In this document: positions 38,179-51,539 of the stretch, one piece after another
Layout of the letters: each line of letters opens with the position of its first letter
Position numbering within the stretch: position 1 is the first letter of the stretch
NCBI GenBank assembly: GCA_951406725.2
Contig: OX597820.1
Location: 116,994,001 to 117,058,000 of the forward strand
Source: Octopus vulgaris
Taxonomy: Eukaryota
DNA length: 64,000 bases
Direction: 5' to 3'
Notes under the pieces: generated by a model
What the model was told of the DNA's origin: nothing
What the model saw: the letters and a program-made list of their open reading frames with translations, nothing else
The model's database searches: none
Position numbers and translations under genes: made by a program

Positions 38179-38398
38179 CCCTTTCGTTAGCAACCCGGCT
38201 GAAACCGGCTCTGGCTCTGAGTACAAATGTCTTGTTTTCATAAGTTTTGAATTAAAATCTTCCACCAAACCTTAGTCACAATTTATGTTCCTAATACTAG
38301 CTGAATGATAACTAAGTTATTTTACTAAATTCTTTGTTATATTTAAAGTAATTGAAAGAAACACAGAGCATCTCAAAATAAATACAGTAACGAAAAGG
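38179..38398. mobile_element. piggyBac-like MITE family 1
   Basis: TTAA|CCCTTTCGTTA ... TAACGAAAAGG|TTAA. Confidence 0.9.
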
Positions 38399-39803
38399 TT
38401 AACCAGGAAGTGGCCATGTGTCCTTAACCATGAGTTTTATGGATAGGGAGTTATTTCCCTTGCTGGACATAGTTAACAACACATTACCAGAACTGGGGGA
38501 GGATATAAACAGTGGTTTCCTGAAATGCAATGGGGTGGAGTCTCTGCCATGAGGTTCCCCAGGGTGCAGCAGAACTTGGACATTAATATGTGACATTCAG
38601 CCTGGTGCAGCCATCTGGCTTGCCAGTCCTCAGTCAAACCGTCCAACCCATGCCAGCATGGAAAGTGAACGTTAAACGATGATGATGATGATGATGATGA
38701 TGATTGAGGTATCACTTCTAGGGATGACATTACCTGGATAACAGTCTAGTTGGTCCTTACTCTTTGATATGACCCCATTCCCACCAGCTATGAAGATATT
38801 CCAAACCAGTACATCTAAAGCTCAAGGGAGCCCATTGTTGTTCAACGACTGCTTACAAGCCACAAGTTCACCAAATCCAGAACAAACCAACAAAGAAAAA
38901 CTAGGCTATTATCAAGAACCTCTTTGGATGGCATTTTTATCACTCTGGTGTAAAATGGCAATGAAATACTTGAAAATGAAATGGATAACTGGCAAGTATA
39001 GCATATACACACTACTTTGTAATGGAGTCATTAAAATTTTATGGCCTGGATTGTCAATAACAGAGCATGAATTTGATATGTATATATTCTGAAAAAGCAA
39101 ACGCAGCTTTAAACATGACTCAAATATCAAAAGGTGTGAACTGGCTGTGGACGTAAATTTAATATAAAGTACTTTCTTCAAAACCAGTGAATCAAGTTTT
39201 TGAATGAACGTTCTCTTTTTATCAGGCAATAGGAACCTGACAACCTCGTCTACCTTGTCTCAACAACACTGACATTTGGTGCAGATTACATGCAAACACA
39301 ATGCACCCAGTTTATTCACCAAAACAGCTAAAATCTTCATACTCTCACAATTACGAATATCGAAGAGCCTTTCGTGGTGATCACAGAATTCTGATATAGC
39401 AAAGAGAAGTCAATGAGGAGGCCTCTACATGATCATTCAATCTGCTAGAAATAGCAGCTAACTCTTTTTCAAACCACAGCCTTTGGATAATACACTACTT
39501 TTGGCAAAAAAAGATAAGATAATCATGGATTCTATACCTTTGATCATGGCTTTGACGAAGGTTGTTATTTAACCCTAGGACAAAGCAAACATGCATCATA
39601 AAAGGTTTTCTTTTCAAAACTAGAAAATTGTTTAGATCTGATAATGACCTTCTACACGGTATCAGTGCACTCCACATTAGAGTAGTGCTCACATGGCAAG
39701 CAAGCCATCACTTGCCAACAAGCTGCAATTGCTAGCCTCTGGATGCTGTACTTTATACAACTTTTCCAGTCTATATAGCTATATAACAGTGTACCATCCG
39801 AAC

Positions 39804-40314
39804 CAGTGATTCCCAATGATATTTTACCTATGGAACCCTTTGATTCTACGCAGATGGACCCCCAGCCCCACAGCCATTTGATGCATCTTTTATAGATATT
39901 TCTTTCAAAATTATTATTTTGCTTTTCACACATTCACCTGTACAGATTTTCAGAACATTCTCTGAAAGAACAGGTTTCAGTGGTTGGAAACATGTTAAAC
40001 TATATAGTTAAGTTAATTTATTTGGCTCAAAAAGCAAAAAGCAAGGCCATGTAGGGGGGACATGGAGTTATGTACAGGGAGGGTGTTCATGCAAAGAGTT
40101 CAGGCCATTTCTGGTCAAGAGAGACTTTGAACCGAGCGGTTGTCGGCATCTCATATAAAACGTTAGGGAAAGAAACCTAGCTGTTTCTCGCAATAAAATA
40201 CAATTGGATCCCTAAAAATGATGTAGATCCCTGATTTACTGTTTCGTTTGTACCACCACCACCACCACCACCACAAAGAAAAAATTATATGGACTCCCTG
40301 TTTGAGAACCACTG
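39804..40314. mobile_element. Old hAT MITE containing a LINE 3' end
   Basis: CAGTGATTCCCAA ... TTGAGAACCACTG ends; TSD only 5/8 conserved. Confidence 0.55.
40005..40152 (-). mobile_element. Short 3' end of a CR1-group LINE
   Basis: Minus strand PTTARFKVSLDQKWPELFA* (cf. FK..LD..W), then UTR, AATAAA and a short TTAAC repeat tail. Confidence 0.6.
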
Positions 40315-40464
40315 ACCTAAACCAATCTTGCTTCCTCCCACCATTCATATTGTAACCCACAGACTTTATATGAAATTATTTCTTCCTCAGAACTAATATT
40401 TTCAGGAACTCTGGTGCCTCTTGCTAAACAATGGCTGAGATAAACCAAATTCAATGATATGTAT

Positions 40465-40502
<38 letters not shown>

Positions 40503-42429
40503 CACATAAAAAGTACCACCCGAATATGGTCGATGCCAGCTCCCCCCACCCCGACTGGCTCCTGTGCCAGTAGCATGTAAAAAGCAGCATCCGAACATGG
40601 CCGATGCCAGTGCCACCTGACCGGCTCCTGTGCTGGTGGCACATAAAAAGCACCCACTACACTCTTGGAGTGGTTAGGAAGGGCATCCATCTGTAGAAAC
40701 ATTGCCAGATCAGATTGAAGCCTGGTGAGGCCTCCTGGCTTGCCAGTCCCCAGTCAAACCATCCAACCCATGCCAGCATGGAAAACGGATGTTAAACGAT
40801 GGTGATAATGATGAGGATATATTTATCTATCACACACACACACACTCTCTCTCCTAAAGCTAGATAGGACAATAGATACTTTCAACTCTTTAAAAAAAAT
40901 CAGTTCCATTCAACCAAGGCAGCCAAATTCTGTGTCATGTCCTGGTTAATACAAATGTCCTATCGTTAAAGGTACCTACTTACTGCCAAAGAAATGCAAT
41001 GCAAGTTCAATGTTATACACACAGCTGTTAACAGTGTGGAGTTAGATTTGATTCTATATCCAAATTCATTGAAACACATCATTGTCATTTAGCTCCCATG
41101 GGTTGGACAGTTTCACAGGATCTAGAGAGCAGCAGGACTGCAGCAAGCCCCAGTGTCAGCTTTGCCAAGGTTTCTATGGCTGGACGTCCTTCCTAACCCC
41201 AGCTGGGTGCTCCACTCTTCTCACACCAATGGCACTGGTGGAGTTGCCAAGCAACTTGTAAGAAAGGTAAGAGAAAAGAAGCCTCAAAGTAGAAGAAGGT
41301 GAATGTAAGAGAGGTATGAACAGTGGATCAAGGGTAGTTTCATAAGAGTTTGAAGGGAGACCCAAGAGATGGGGGTAGAGGTGAATGTAGCAAGTGATGA
41401 ACATTCTAGTTTGTAGTTCTTCCCTTCTGAGTTCAAATCCAACCAATGTCAGCCTTGCTTTTATTCTTTATTCTTTCAAACTATAGTACCAGTCTACTCC
41501 TGGGGCTCATTTAAATTACTATAATAACCTTCCCCCAAAATATTTGAGCCATTGTTTGAAATCAATATAGAATGGAAAGGAAAAAATAATTCAATATCTT
41601 GGCTAAAACAGTTTGAATAATAAACAGAAAATTTTCAAATTTTAAATAAATTCTTTTTTACTTTTCCTAATTTTTACTTGTTAAGCAATTTTCATTATTT
41701 TCCTTCACTTACACGATAATGTTTCACATAAACAAGAATTTACATCCGAATACTTAGAAAGAGAGGTGGCGGGGAAGACTATTTTCTTAACACCAAACAG
41801 AAGCCATAGTTGATTCTTTTATTTTTATAACACCTTTCAAAATAAACAACTTTAAAGAGAAGGAAAAAAAAAAACCTCTTTGCCGCATCCGAAAGAAATG
41901 GTTGTTTACAAAAATCTACCAAGTCAAGTTTAATCTGAAAATGCTAAATTCACCTTTAATTCATAAACATTTATGAAAATAATTTTCAAAGTGGTACCCA
42001 GAACAAGCTATTGAAGATCATCAACAACAACAGTTGATCAAGATAACTCCATGTTCATTGCACCAGAGTATAACAGGCTGAGTATTCCATAAATACTCCT
42101 TAATACAGTCCTCAGAGTGTGACAAAGTCAAGCCCTTCGAATTTCATGTTCTATCCATTCATTGAGCTTCCATTTAGTTTCCTGCAACTCAATTTCTTTA
42201 AGAAAAGTTTGTGTTAATCCAAGGATATGGCAGAAAGCAAATGCTAAAGGTTCCATACAAGTATATTGAAACTGGTGCCTTAAGATTGCAAAGCCATCTT
42301 TGCAACCATTTAGCCAAACTAAACCAAATCAAATCATCTGGTCACACAATCTGGAAATAGCAGCCAAAATTTCCCGCAAATTACTTTCCCACCATGTTAG
42401 GAAAAGACAATTTTGATGATTTTGTACTG

Positions 42430-42591
42430 AGGCGCAGGAGTGGCTGTGTGGTAAGTAGCTTGCTAACCAACCACATGGTTCCGGGTTCAGTCCCACTGCG
42501 TGGCATCTTGGGCAAATGTCTTCTGCTATAGACCCGGGCCGACCAATGCCTTATGAGTGGATTTGGTAGACGGAAACTGAAAGAAGCCTGT

Positions 42592-42628
<37 letters not shown>

Positions 42629-42831
42629 TTGTGTGTGTGTCCCTAGCATTGCTTGACAACTGATGCTGGTGTGTTTACGTCCCCGTCACTTAGCGGTTCG
42701 GCAAAAGACACCGATAGAATAAGTACTGGGCTTACAAAGAATGAGTCCCGGGATCGATTTGCTTGACTAAAGGCGGTGCTCCAGCATGGCCACAGTCAAA
42801 TGACTGAAACAAGTAAAAGAGTAAAGAGAGT
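42430..42831 (+). mobile_element. SINE family A, young copy
   Basis: Full-length layout. Confidence 0.92.
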
Positions 42832-43021
42832 ATAATGAACCCACATATGTTGTATAGAAACAACCTGATTAAATATAGCCATCTTTTGGTATCCATAGCA
42901 GCAGGTCAGTTGTCTCCTTCAAAAGATCCCTCAATTAATGCAGGACCGAGATGGAAGGTGTATGCAGGTTAAAAATGCCTGAGCAAGCTCAACCAGATGA
43001 TGATGATGACATTGTACCTAG

Positions 43022-43252
43022 GGTGGCGAGCTGGCAGAATAATTAGCATGCCGGGTAAAATGCTTAGTGATATTTTGTCTAGCATTACATTCTGAGTTCA
43101 AACTCCACCAAGGTCGACTTTGTCTTTCATTCTTTCGGGGTCGATTAAATAAGTACCAGTTATGCACTGGGGTTGATCTAATCGATTGAAACCCTTTGTC
43201 TGTCCTTGTTTGTCCACTCTATGTTTTGCCCCCTGTGGGCAATAAAGAAATA
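43022..43252 (+). mobile_element. SINE family C
   Basis: Head, core and tail; ATTGTACCT duplicated on both sides. Confidence 0.88.
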
Positions 43253-44364
43253 GATATTGTACCTGGGATAAAAAAAAAAAAAAAAAAAAAAAAACGGCCA
43301 CAGCTGGAATGCCTTTTCTCATAGCTGTATCAATTCTTCTCTCCATCATCATCTAACAATGGAACTACACACTCAAATGCTGTAAGCCAGCTGGTCCTCG
43401 ACCATTTTCTACCCTCTGGTTACTATTTTACTCTGCTGAACCCCAATAGCCATTTGATGATTTTTTAAAATCCCACTATTTTTCTTATCAAATATTATTA
43501 GGAATTGTATAAAAAAAAAATTAAAATATTTTGAGTATTACAGCATAACCAATTTGTTGTGCATGAATTTTAATAAAATCTTATAAGGAGCCCTAATGGT
43601 CGTGTGGACCCTGGTTGAGAAACAGGGCCATAAATGATATCATTTAACTCCCTACACTTCCCATCATATCCTTACCACTGTCCTCCTCTCTGACCCCCTA
43701 ATATTTCCTAAACTTACCCTCCCACAAGCTTATATTCACTATGTCCACCCCAATCCCCATCTCTAATCATCTATAACACTCTTTTCACATTAGTGCACTT
43801 ACCTACCCATCCACCCCTTTTTGTTCCGCTATCCCTCTTTCTCATATTCCCCTTATACCTCACAGTCTCTCCCACTCTTTGCAAAAATGACAAAATGTGA
43901 AGCCCGAAATGCCACTTGGGACAAGGATACAGATCTGTGAAAGCACGTTCTTGAAAAATACAGACCATAGCAGATTATGTGTATAGAACCTGTGGGTACC
44001 AACCAGGTGATTGACAAAGCTGCTTTCTTCGTTTACAAGCTCATACCAAATCCTGCAGGTAACATCAAAAGACAATCTTGCAACTTGTACTATGAAATAC
44101 TGTCAAGGCACAAGTGAAGATACGTAGCCATTAGGATGCTGGGTTCCCAAGATTATGGTTTCAGTTCCTGGATCAAACAACGAACTGTGTCATTGAGCAA
44201 GGCACTTCACTCTACATTGCTCTGCTCCACTCAGCTGAAAAGGAGTAACAGCTTAGTGCAGTGCAATCCCCTTTCTCTCCAGCTACCGCATTCTCATTCT
44301 TTTTTGTTGGGCCAAAGATGGGGTGGGGAGTGGGGCTAAAGATGGAAGAGTATGTATGTATATA

Positions 44365-44406
<42 letters not shown>

Positions 44407-44409
<3 letters not shown>

Positions 44410-44663
44410 GAGTGGCTGTGTGGTAAGTAGCTTGCTTACCAACCACATGGTTCCGGGTTCAGTCCCACTGCGTGGCACCTTAGGCAAATGTCTTCTACTA
44501 TAGCCTCGGGCTGACCAAAGCCTTGTGGGTGGATTTGGTAGACAGAAACTGAAAGAAGCTCATCATATATATATGTGTGTGTATGTGCTTGTGTGTCTGA
44601 GTTTGTCCCCCCAACATCGCTGGTGTGTTTTCAAATGACTGAAAAGAATAAAAGAATAAAAGA
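44407..44663 (+). mobile_element. SINE family A with internal deletion
   Basis: Head and core intact; jumps from GGTGTGTTT to TCAAATGACTG. Confidence 0.87.
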
Positions 44664-44664
44664 G

Positions 44665-44699
<35 letters not shown>

Positions 44700-45432
44700 T
44701 TACACATATACATACACATATATCTGCTAGCATCTACACTGGCAACTACAACAATTAGCAGAAGCATGATACATTGATTGGCAGATTCTACAAGTTTGCT
44801 AATCTCTAAAACTTTTGAACAAAATTCTATTTATTACCATAGCGAACCTGTCTAACAGTTGATATGGTGCTATCAGTGAAGTCCCATGACACTTGTTTAC
44901 AAAGCAGCGGCAACTTGTAAAATGCAGGCTTGGTATATTTTATATGTTACCCTATTTTGACAGTGCCCAGTGTAAACAAAAATCATACAGCCATTAAGAA
45001 AATGGGGAAAATACCATAAAGTCATGATTTTAACAGAAAATTTGCTAAAAAGCAAAAAAGCAAAAGAAAAAAGAAACATGTATTTATAATCCTGCTACTA
45101 CTTATAGTCATCAAGCATAAAATATTGTATTATATTCAACGTTTTAAAACAAGTGTACTAAAAGCAAGTATGTTTACTGGCTGAGAGTAAGATATGAAAG
45201 TTATGTTGTCTGGAATTAACCATGAACACACTTTATCAATTTTGCATCAAAACATCTCTAAATATAAAAGAGATGTAACTAAATACTCCAAGACATTTTG
45301 TCTGGTGCCTTGCCTTACCAAATCTACCACTTTATCTCCATAATTATAGTTTCGAAAAATTCAAAGAGTCAAACTAAAATATCATATGTAATTTGATTTA
45401 ATGGTTGTGTTTATTTTCCTCTCGTAACCTAT

Positions 45433-45815
45433 ATTACTCTTTTACTCTTTTACTTGTTTCAGTCATTTGACTGCGGCCATGCTGGAGCACCGCCTTTAGT
45501 CGAGCAAATCGACCCCGGGACTTATTCTTTGTAAGCCCAGTACTTATTCTATCGGTCTCTTCTGCCGAACCGCTAAGTGACGAGGATGTAAGCAATGCTA
45601 GGGGGACAAACACAGACACACAAACATATACACACACACTTATATATATACATATATACGACAGGCTTCTTTCAGTTTCCGTCTACCAAATCCACTCACA
45701 AGGCATTGGTCAGCCCGGGGCTATAGCAGAAGACACTTGCCCAAGATGCCACGCAGTGGGACTGAACCATGTGGTTGGTTAGCAAGCTACTTACCACACA
45801 GCCACTCCTGCGCCT
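45433..45815 (-). mobile_element. SINE family A, young copy
   Basis: Reverse-complement layout. Confidence 0.92.
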
Positions 45816-45962
45816 ATATATTTGGTATTTGGTATTTTCATAAAATATAATGCTCTGACAAAGGGTTCTTACAAGAAATTTACATTCTTCACAGTATGAC
45901 TGTGTACTTAGAAGCTCACCTTGCAACCACATGGTTTCAGGTTCAGTCCCACTGCTTGGCAC

Positions 45963-46139
45963 CGGTGCTGTGGAGTCAGAGACTTGGAGTCGGAAACAAT
46001 TAAGGGGTAGCTGGAGTAGAAGTCTGACTCAGTAAAATAGACCCCAATCACTTAATTACATAGAGGAGTCAGACTCAGAGTCGGAGGTGCCAATAGCAGG
46101 AGTCGGAATCGAAATTTTTGTTTCAACTCCACAGCCCTG
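45963..46139. mobile_element. hAT-like MITE inserted in a SINE A (45895-46385)
   Basis: Ends CGGTGCTGTGGAGT ... ACTCCACAGCCCTG, internal GGAGTCGG repeats, 8-bp TSD CTTGGCA(C/A). Confidence 0.82.
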
Positions 46140-46596
46140 CTTGGCAACTTGATTTTGAAGGAATTCGTTAGATGGAAACTGTGTGGAAGCCCATTGTGTG
46201 TATGTTTGTGTTTCCCTCATTCCCTACCACCACCATCACTTGACAACCAGTGATGGTTTGTTTATGTCCCTGCAGCTTTAATGGTTTAGCAAAAGAGTCC
46301 AATAAAAATAAGTGCCAAACTTTAATAAAACAAGTCCTGCAGTGCCCCAGTATGGCCACAGTACGATGGCGGAAACAAGTAAAACGGTTCCACATGATAA
46401 ATGAATTATTCTACTTTTGAAGTAATTTATAAACCACAAACTTGCAATTAACTAAGAAACATCGTCTGACGACTAATTAACAAGGCCTGACTTCAAACTG
46501 TGAGTAGCACAAACAGTGTGTGTGTGTGTGTGTGTGCATGGGAAACTGTAATTGCAAAGTGCATGTAAGTGTACAAGCAAACACACACACCTTATA

Positions 46597-46909
46597 TTTT
46601 ACTTGTTTTAGTCATTATATTGTGGCCATGCTGGGGCAAGAATTTTTAGTCAAATGAATCGACACCAGTAGTTTTTTAAGCCTAGTACTTATTCTATCAG
46701 TCAGTTTTGCTGAATCGCTAAGTTATGAGGATGTAAACACACTAACACCAGTTGCCAAGCAGTGGCGGAGAACAAATACAGACACAAATACACAGAATGA
46801 GCTTCTTTCAGTTTCTCTCTACCAAATCCACTTTTAAAACTTTGGTTGGCCTGGGGTTACATAGAAGATGCCTGCTCAAGGTGTCATACAGTGGGACTGA
46901 ACCCAGAAC

Positions 46910-46954
<45 letters not shown>

Positions 46955-47284
46955 TCTTTTTATTCTATTACTGGTTTCAGTCAGTTGACTGCGGACAGGT
47001 CTTATTCTTTGTAAACCTAGTACTTATTCTATTGGTCTCTATTGCCAAACTGCTAAGTTATGGGGACGTAAACACACCAACATTGGTTGTCAAGCGATGG
47101 TGGGGAGACAGACACAAAGACACACACACATAAATATATACACGTGCTTCTTTCAGTTTCCGTCTACTAAATCCACTCACAAGGCTTTGGTCGGTCTGAG
47201 GCTATAGTGTCACACAGTAGGATTGAACCTGGAACCATGTGGTTGGGAAGCAAGCTTCTTACCACACAGCCACCCCTACACCTA
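46597..47284 (-). mobile_element. Two adjacent SINE A copies (~46597-46910 and ~46952-47284)
   Basis: Two reverse-complement tail-core-head runs separated by (CA)n(TA)n. Confidence 0.82.
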
Positions 47285-47549
47285 TATATATATATATATT
47301 ATAAGTAGGTGTAAGTGTGCACACATAAAGCTTACATGTATTGAGAGAGAAAGACAGACAGGGAGCCAACTCTCTCCAACAGTGCATCAAATATAAACAA
47401 AGAAGAGATATCTCAAATCAATAAATGTGTTTGTATTATTAGACAAAGTAGGTGAATCAACTCTCAGCCATTACTAATATTCTATACGAGACAAAAAGCT
47501 AAAAAGCTTCATTGCAGACACAAAAAATGCTAACTAAAACAATGAAAGG

Positions 47550-47585
<36 letters not shown>

Positions 47586-48069
47586 TGGAGAAAGAGAGAG
47601 AGAAAGTGTGTGGGTGAAGATGATAACATCCACAAACTAAATTATAATTTACAAGAAACAGCAAGAGAGAAATAATTGCTCTTTTTGAAAAAGGCTGGTG
47701 TCAATGTCAGTTCTACAAGAACTGACCATTTAAGATATCCACATTTATGGAGAAAAAAAAACCCCAACTAATTGACCACTTATAACTAGAATGTGTTGTT
47801 TATATTTCTGTTTTTTCTGCTTCTCACTATTTTATATGAATTTCCACATAATTGCATTGATGGTGGCAATTTTCTTCTTTACAGCAAATTGTTTTTGAGG
47901 CAACTAACCAAAAGATCAACAATTTGCGTGCTCTCGTTTGTATTGCATTGTATCTGGTCAGAACACTTAACTCTTAAAAAGCCCAGCCCTAGCAAGCTGT
48001 AATCAGAGTCAGGAATCATTGTTCGAAGCAACACGGCAAATCCCATTTTGATAAGGTTTGGTAGATGTT

Positions 48070-48509
48070 CTTTTCTACTCTAGGCACAAGGCCCGAAATT
48101 TGGGAGGAGGGGCATCAGTCAATTACATCGACCCCAGTATGCAACTGGTACTTAACCCTTTCATTACCAACCCGGCTGAAACCGGCTCTGGCTCTTTAGT
48201 ACAAATGTCTGGTTTTCAAAAGTTCTGAATTAAAACCTTCCACCAAACCTTAGTCACAATTTATGTCCCTAACTCTAGCTTAATGATAACGATGTTATTT
48301 TACTTAATTCTTTGTTATATTTAACATAATTGGAAGAAACACAGAGCATCTCAAAATAAATTCAGTAACGATAGGGTTAATTTAGCGACCCCGAAAGGAT
48401 GAAAGGCAAAGTCGACCGAGTCGGAATTTGAACACAGAATGTAAAGACAGACGAAATACCATTAAGCATTTCGCCCGGTGTGCTAACGATTCTGCCAGCT
48501 CACTGCCTT
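48070..48509 (-). mobile_element. SINE family C (second tail type) split by a piggyBac-like MITE
   Basis: The C sequence ...GGTACTTAA|TTTA.CGACCCC is continuous once the MITE is removed. Confidence 0.88.
48156..48376. mobile_element. piggyBac-like MITE family 1
   Basis: TTAA duplicated at 48152-48155 and 48377-48380; CCC...GGG ends; matches the 38179 copy. Confidence 0.92.
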
Positions 48510-48779
48510 GTAGATTTCAACGTGCTAAATTACATCAACCAATGTGGTCTTCTGCTTTTTCTTTTAAGGATAGTGGCGTGTGATTTGAGCTGCTATTTCT
48601 AACAGATCTAACAACCATATATAGGCTCCTTCATTGGCTCAATATTCTGTTGAATCAGCTAATATGGAACTCTTGTACTATGCAAAGAGCAGAAAACTAG
48701 CAGAACAGGAAAGACAACAGATGAATAACTCATCATCAGGAAGTTACTGTTTCAATTCCTATGACTGACAGGGTCAGTT

Positions 48780-48996
48780 ACCTGATTTCCAGGGTATATA
48801 AGGGACCACGATTACAAAATTCCATCCAAACAGGGTGCCAGTCCACCCCAGGGTTACTCATTTACAGCTGAGTGCACTGAGCCAACGTGAAATGAAGTGT
48901 TTTGCTCAAGATCAAAACACATCACCCAGTCCAGGAATTGAAACCATGGTCTTGTGATCATGAGTGCAACACCTTAACCACTAAGCCACATGCCAT
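48780..48996 (-). mobile_element. tRNA-derived SINE with a different core (CTTGAGCAAAACACTT...CACTCAGCTG)
   Basis: Minus strand TGGCTTAGTGG A box and TTTCAATTCC B-box-like; relatives at ~44120 (+) and ~49800 (+). Confidence 0.72.
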
Positions 48997-49130
48997 CAGG
49001 ACAACTCCGCTGACTAAAAGGTCATATTTGATATAAGCATTTCACGGTATCGGAGAAGGACAATTCCATATAAACCAGCTCACCTGGCTGAATGGAATAA
49101 GGAATGTATTTTCTTCTGTTACCTGTAATA

Positions 49131-49565
49131 GGCACAGGTATGGCCGAGTGGTAACAAGTTGGCTTCCCAACCACATGGTTTTGGGTTCAGTCTCCCTGCG
49201 GCCATACTGGAGCACCACCTTTCGTTGAGCAAATCGACCCCAGGACTAGTAAGCCTAGTACTTATTCTAACGGTCTCTTTTGCCGAACCGCTAAGTTACG
49301 GGGACGTAAACACACCAGCATTGGTGTCAAGCGATGTTGGGGGGACAAACACAGACACACAAACACACACATACATATATATATATATACATACATATAC
49401 ACAACGGGCTTCTTTCAGTTTCCGTCTATCAAATCCACTCACAAGGCTTTGGTTGGCCCGAGGCTATAGTAAAAAACACTTGCCCAAGGTTCCACGCAGT
49501 GGGACTGAACCCGGAACCATGTAATTTGTAAGCAAGCGACTCACCACACAGCCACTCCTATGCCT
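49131..49565. mobile_element. SINE A head (+, 49131-49195) fused to an inverted SINE A (-, 49196-49565)
   Basis: Directly visible switch of strand at TTCAGTCTCC|CTGCGGCC. Confidence 0.8.
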
Positions 49566-49799
49566 ATTAAATTTTCACGTTTCACTGCCAGTTCCATAAG
49601 TAGTTTAAGGATATTATAAGCTGGTTAATTTTAACTCTTTATACTAATCCACTTGAAATTATGTTCGGTTCTATTATACAAAACAACTACTTTTTTTTTT
49701 AAATGTACATATTAAAATGAAGCATCTCACCAGAATTATATGGAAGAGCTTTTTTGTTAAATTATATTCCGTACATAATTTAATAAGCTTGATAATGCG

Positions 49800-50100
49800 A
49801 AAGCACATGGCCTAGTGGTTATGGTATTGCACTCACAATCTAGTGATCATATGTTCAATTCTTGGACAGAGCAGCACATTGTATTCTCGGGCAAAACACT
49901 TCATTCCACACTGATTCAGTCCACTCAGCTGTTAAACGGGCAAACTCTACGATGGACTAAGCTTCTGATCGGGGGAACAGACACTGGCCTGCTCAACAAG
50001 CCAGTGAGGCGGCATCACTCAAAAAGCTAAAAAATGATGCAAAGCGCATTGTGACCAGCGATGTATAACAACATCTGATAGGTTGATCGATCATGTGATA
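49800..50100 (+). mobile_element. SINE with the 48780-type head/core and the family B type 1 tail
   Basis: 3' part GGCCTGCTC...GCGCATTGTGACCAGCGATGTATAACAACATCTGAT...CATGTGATA matches 6908-7025. Confidence 0.8.
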
Positions 50101-51032
50101 CCAGCTTGATGATACTAAAGTTAGTTCTATCATAAAATTCCTCCAAATGCACGAGTATTTTCATAAATTAAAGGAAGGACATAGGCAATATAATTCCTGG
50201 TCACAAAAACATCAAGGTGAGAACTTATTCTGAGTTAATATGTCGAAACAAGATAAATCTGTTTTGTATAAATGCATCACTATGTTTTTAAACTATTGCC
50301 TAATACACAAATAACTCACACAAGTTAGAGCTATTTGCCAAACGTGCTAATGAATAAATTTATTTTGCTAAGTATTTTGTATGTGAATATTTTATTCCAT
50401 CCAATTATTTTTATAATTGTTCACTGAAACGGGGAAAAAAAAAAAAAAAAGAAAATTGTAGACAAATTGCACTTATTCTTGTTTTCTCTTCTTCTTCTTC
50501 TAACTTTGAAAATTCTCATTTAACAGAAAAAAGTATATTAAATTTCAAATTCAATGTGGAGGAAACTGCTAAACAGAATTGGAATTGCTGAGCTTGTGAA
50601 AAATTTGGAAAATTGGGGCTAAAAAAACTATAGTGCATAAATTGATTTTGAAATTAAAATAATAAAAAAGATAATGTAAAAATAACTTTTTTTATGAGAT
50701 AAAAATAACATAGTATTTAAAAGCAAAAAGTTTTTTAACAAAAAGTTTAGAAAGAACAGAAAATGTCAAGTTTTTTTTTGTTTTTTATTTACTAGATTAA
50801 TCCAATGAAAATTAAATTTCCTCTTTCAGAAGTTTTAATATGGTGAGTATGGGTGTAAGTACAGATACACACACACATCATCATCATCATCACCACTGTT
50901 TAACGTCTGCTTTCCATGCTAGCATGGGTTGGACAGTTTGACTGAGGGCTGGTGAACCAGATGGCTGCACCAGGCTCCAGTCTTGATCTGGCAGAGTTTC
51001 TACATATATATATATATATATATATGATGGAC

Positions 51033-51370
51033 CGTTAGCTCCTACACGCATTTTTTTCTCTCCTTGTTTCTTTTCTATTGATTGATTGATTGATTCTAGT
51101 TTCAGCTCATGAGCTGTGGCCATGCTGGGGCACCGAGGAACTTGGGCCTCATGAACAACATGATCTGCAACGAGTGGCAAGATGCTGGAGCAGACTTATC
51201 TAAACCATTCTAGATTAGGAAAACAGGACGTAAAATTATGTCGAAGAGCGTAGGCTCGAAACGTAAAAGACTTGTTCTATTTCTATTCCTGAGCGCCATA
51301 CTAATACATTTGCTTGTTTGTACTCCACCTGCCTTTATCTGTTGTTTATTTTCGTAAACCTTCCCGTTAT
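51033..51370 (+). mobile_element. Penelope-like terminal-repeat fragment with hammerhead variant, interrupted by an insertion at 51077-51239
   Basis: GTCGA-A-GAGC(GTAG)GCTC-GAAA-CGT-A-AAAG at 51240-51269; the upstream piece ends CTTTTCT at 51076. Confidence 0.6.
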
Positions 51371-51537
51371 ATATATATATATCTATGTATGTATATACAC
51401 ACATATATATATGAGGGAAAGAGGTCACTATCATAATTTTACATCCTGTTTTCCTAATCTAGAATGGTTTAGATAAGTCTGCTCCAGCATCTTGCCACTC
51501 GTTGCAGATCATGTTGTTCATGAGGCCCAAGTTCCTC
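51135..51537. repeat. 106-bp inverted duplication (51135-51240 and 51432-51537)
   Basis: Arms are reverse complements with one visible mismatch at a CpG. Confidence 0.95.
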
Positions 51538-51539
51538 AA

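Noticed and set aside
38769-39229. Two overlapping ~105-aa non-repetitive ORFs
   Set aside because: No recognisable motif; could be an old element or chance. A tBLASTx search would be needed.
43870-44062. YVYRTCG...LQAHTKSCR* resembling a LINE C-terminal zinc finger
   Set aside because: Too degenerate (internal stop, missing Cys) to call.
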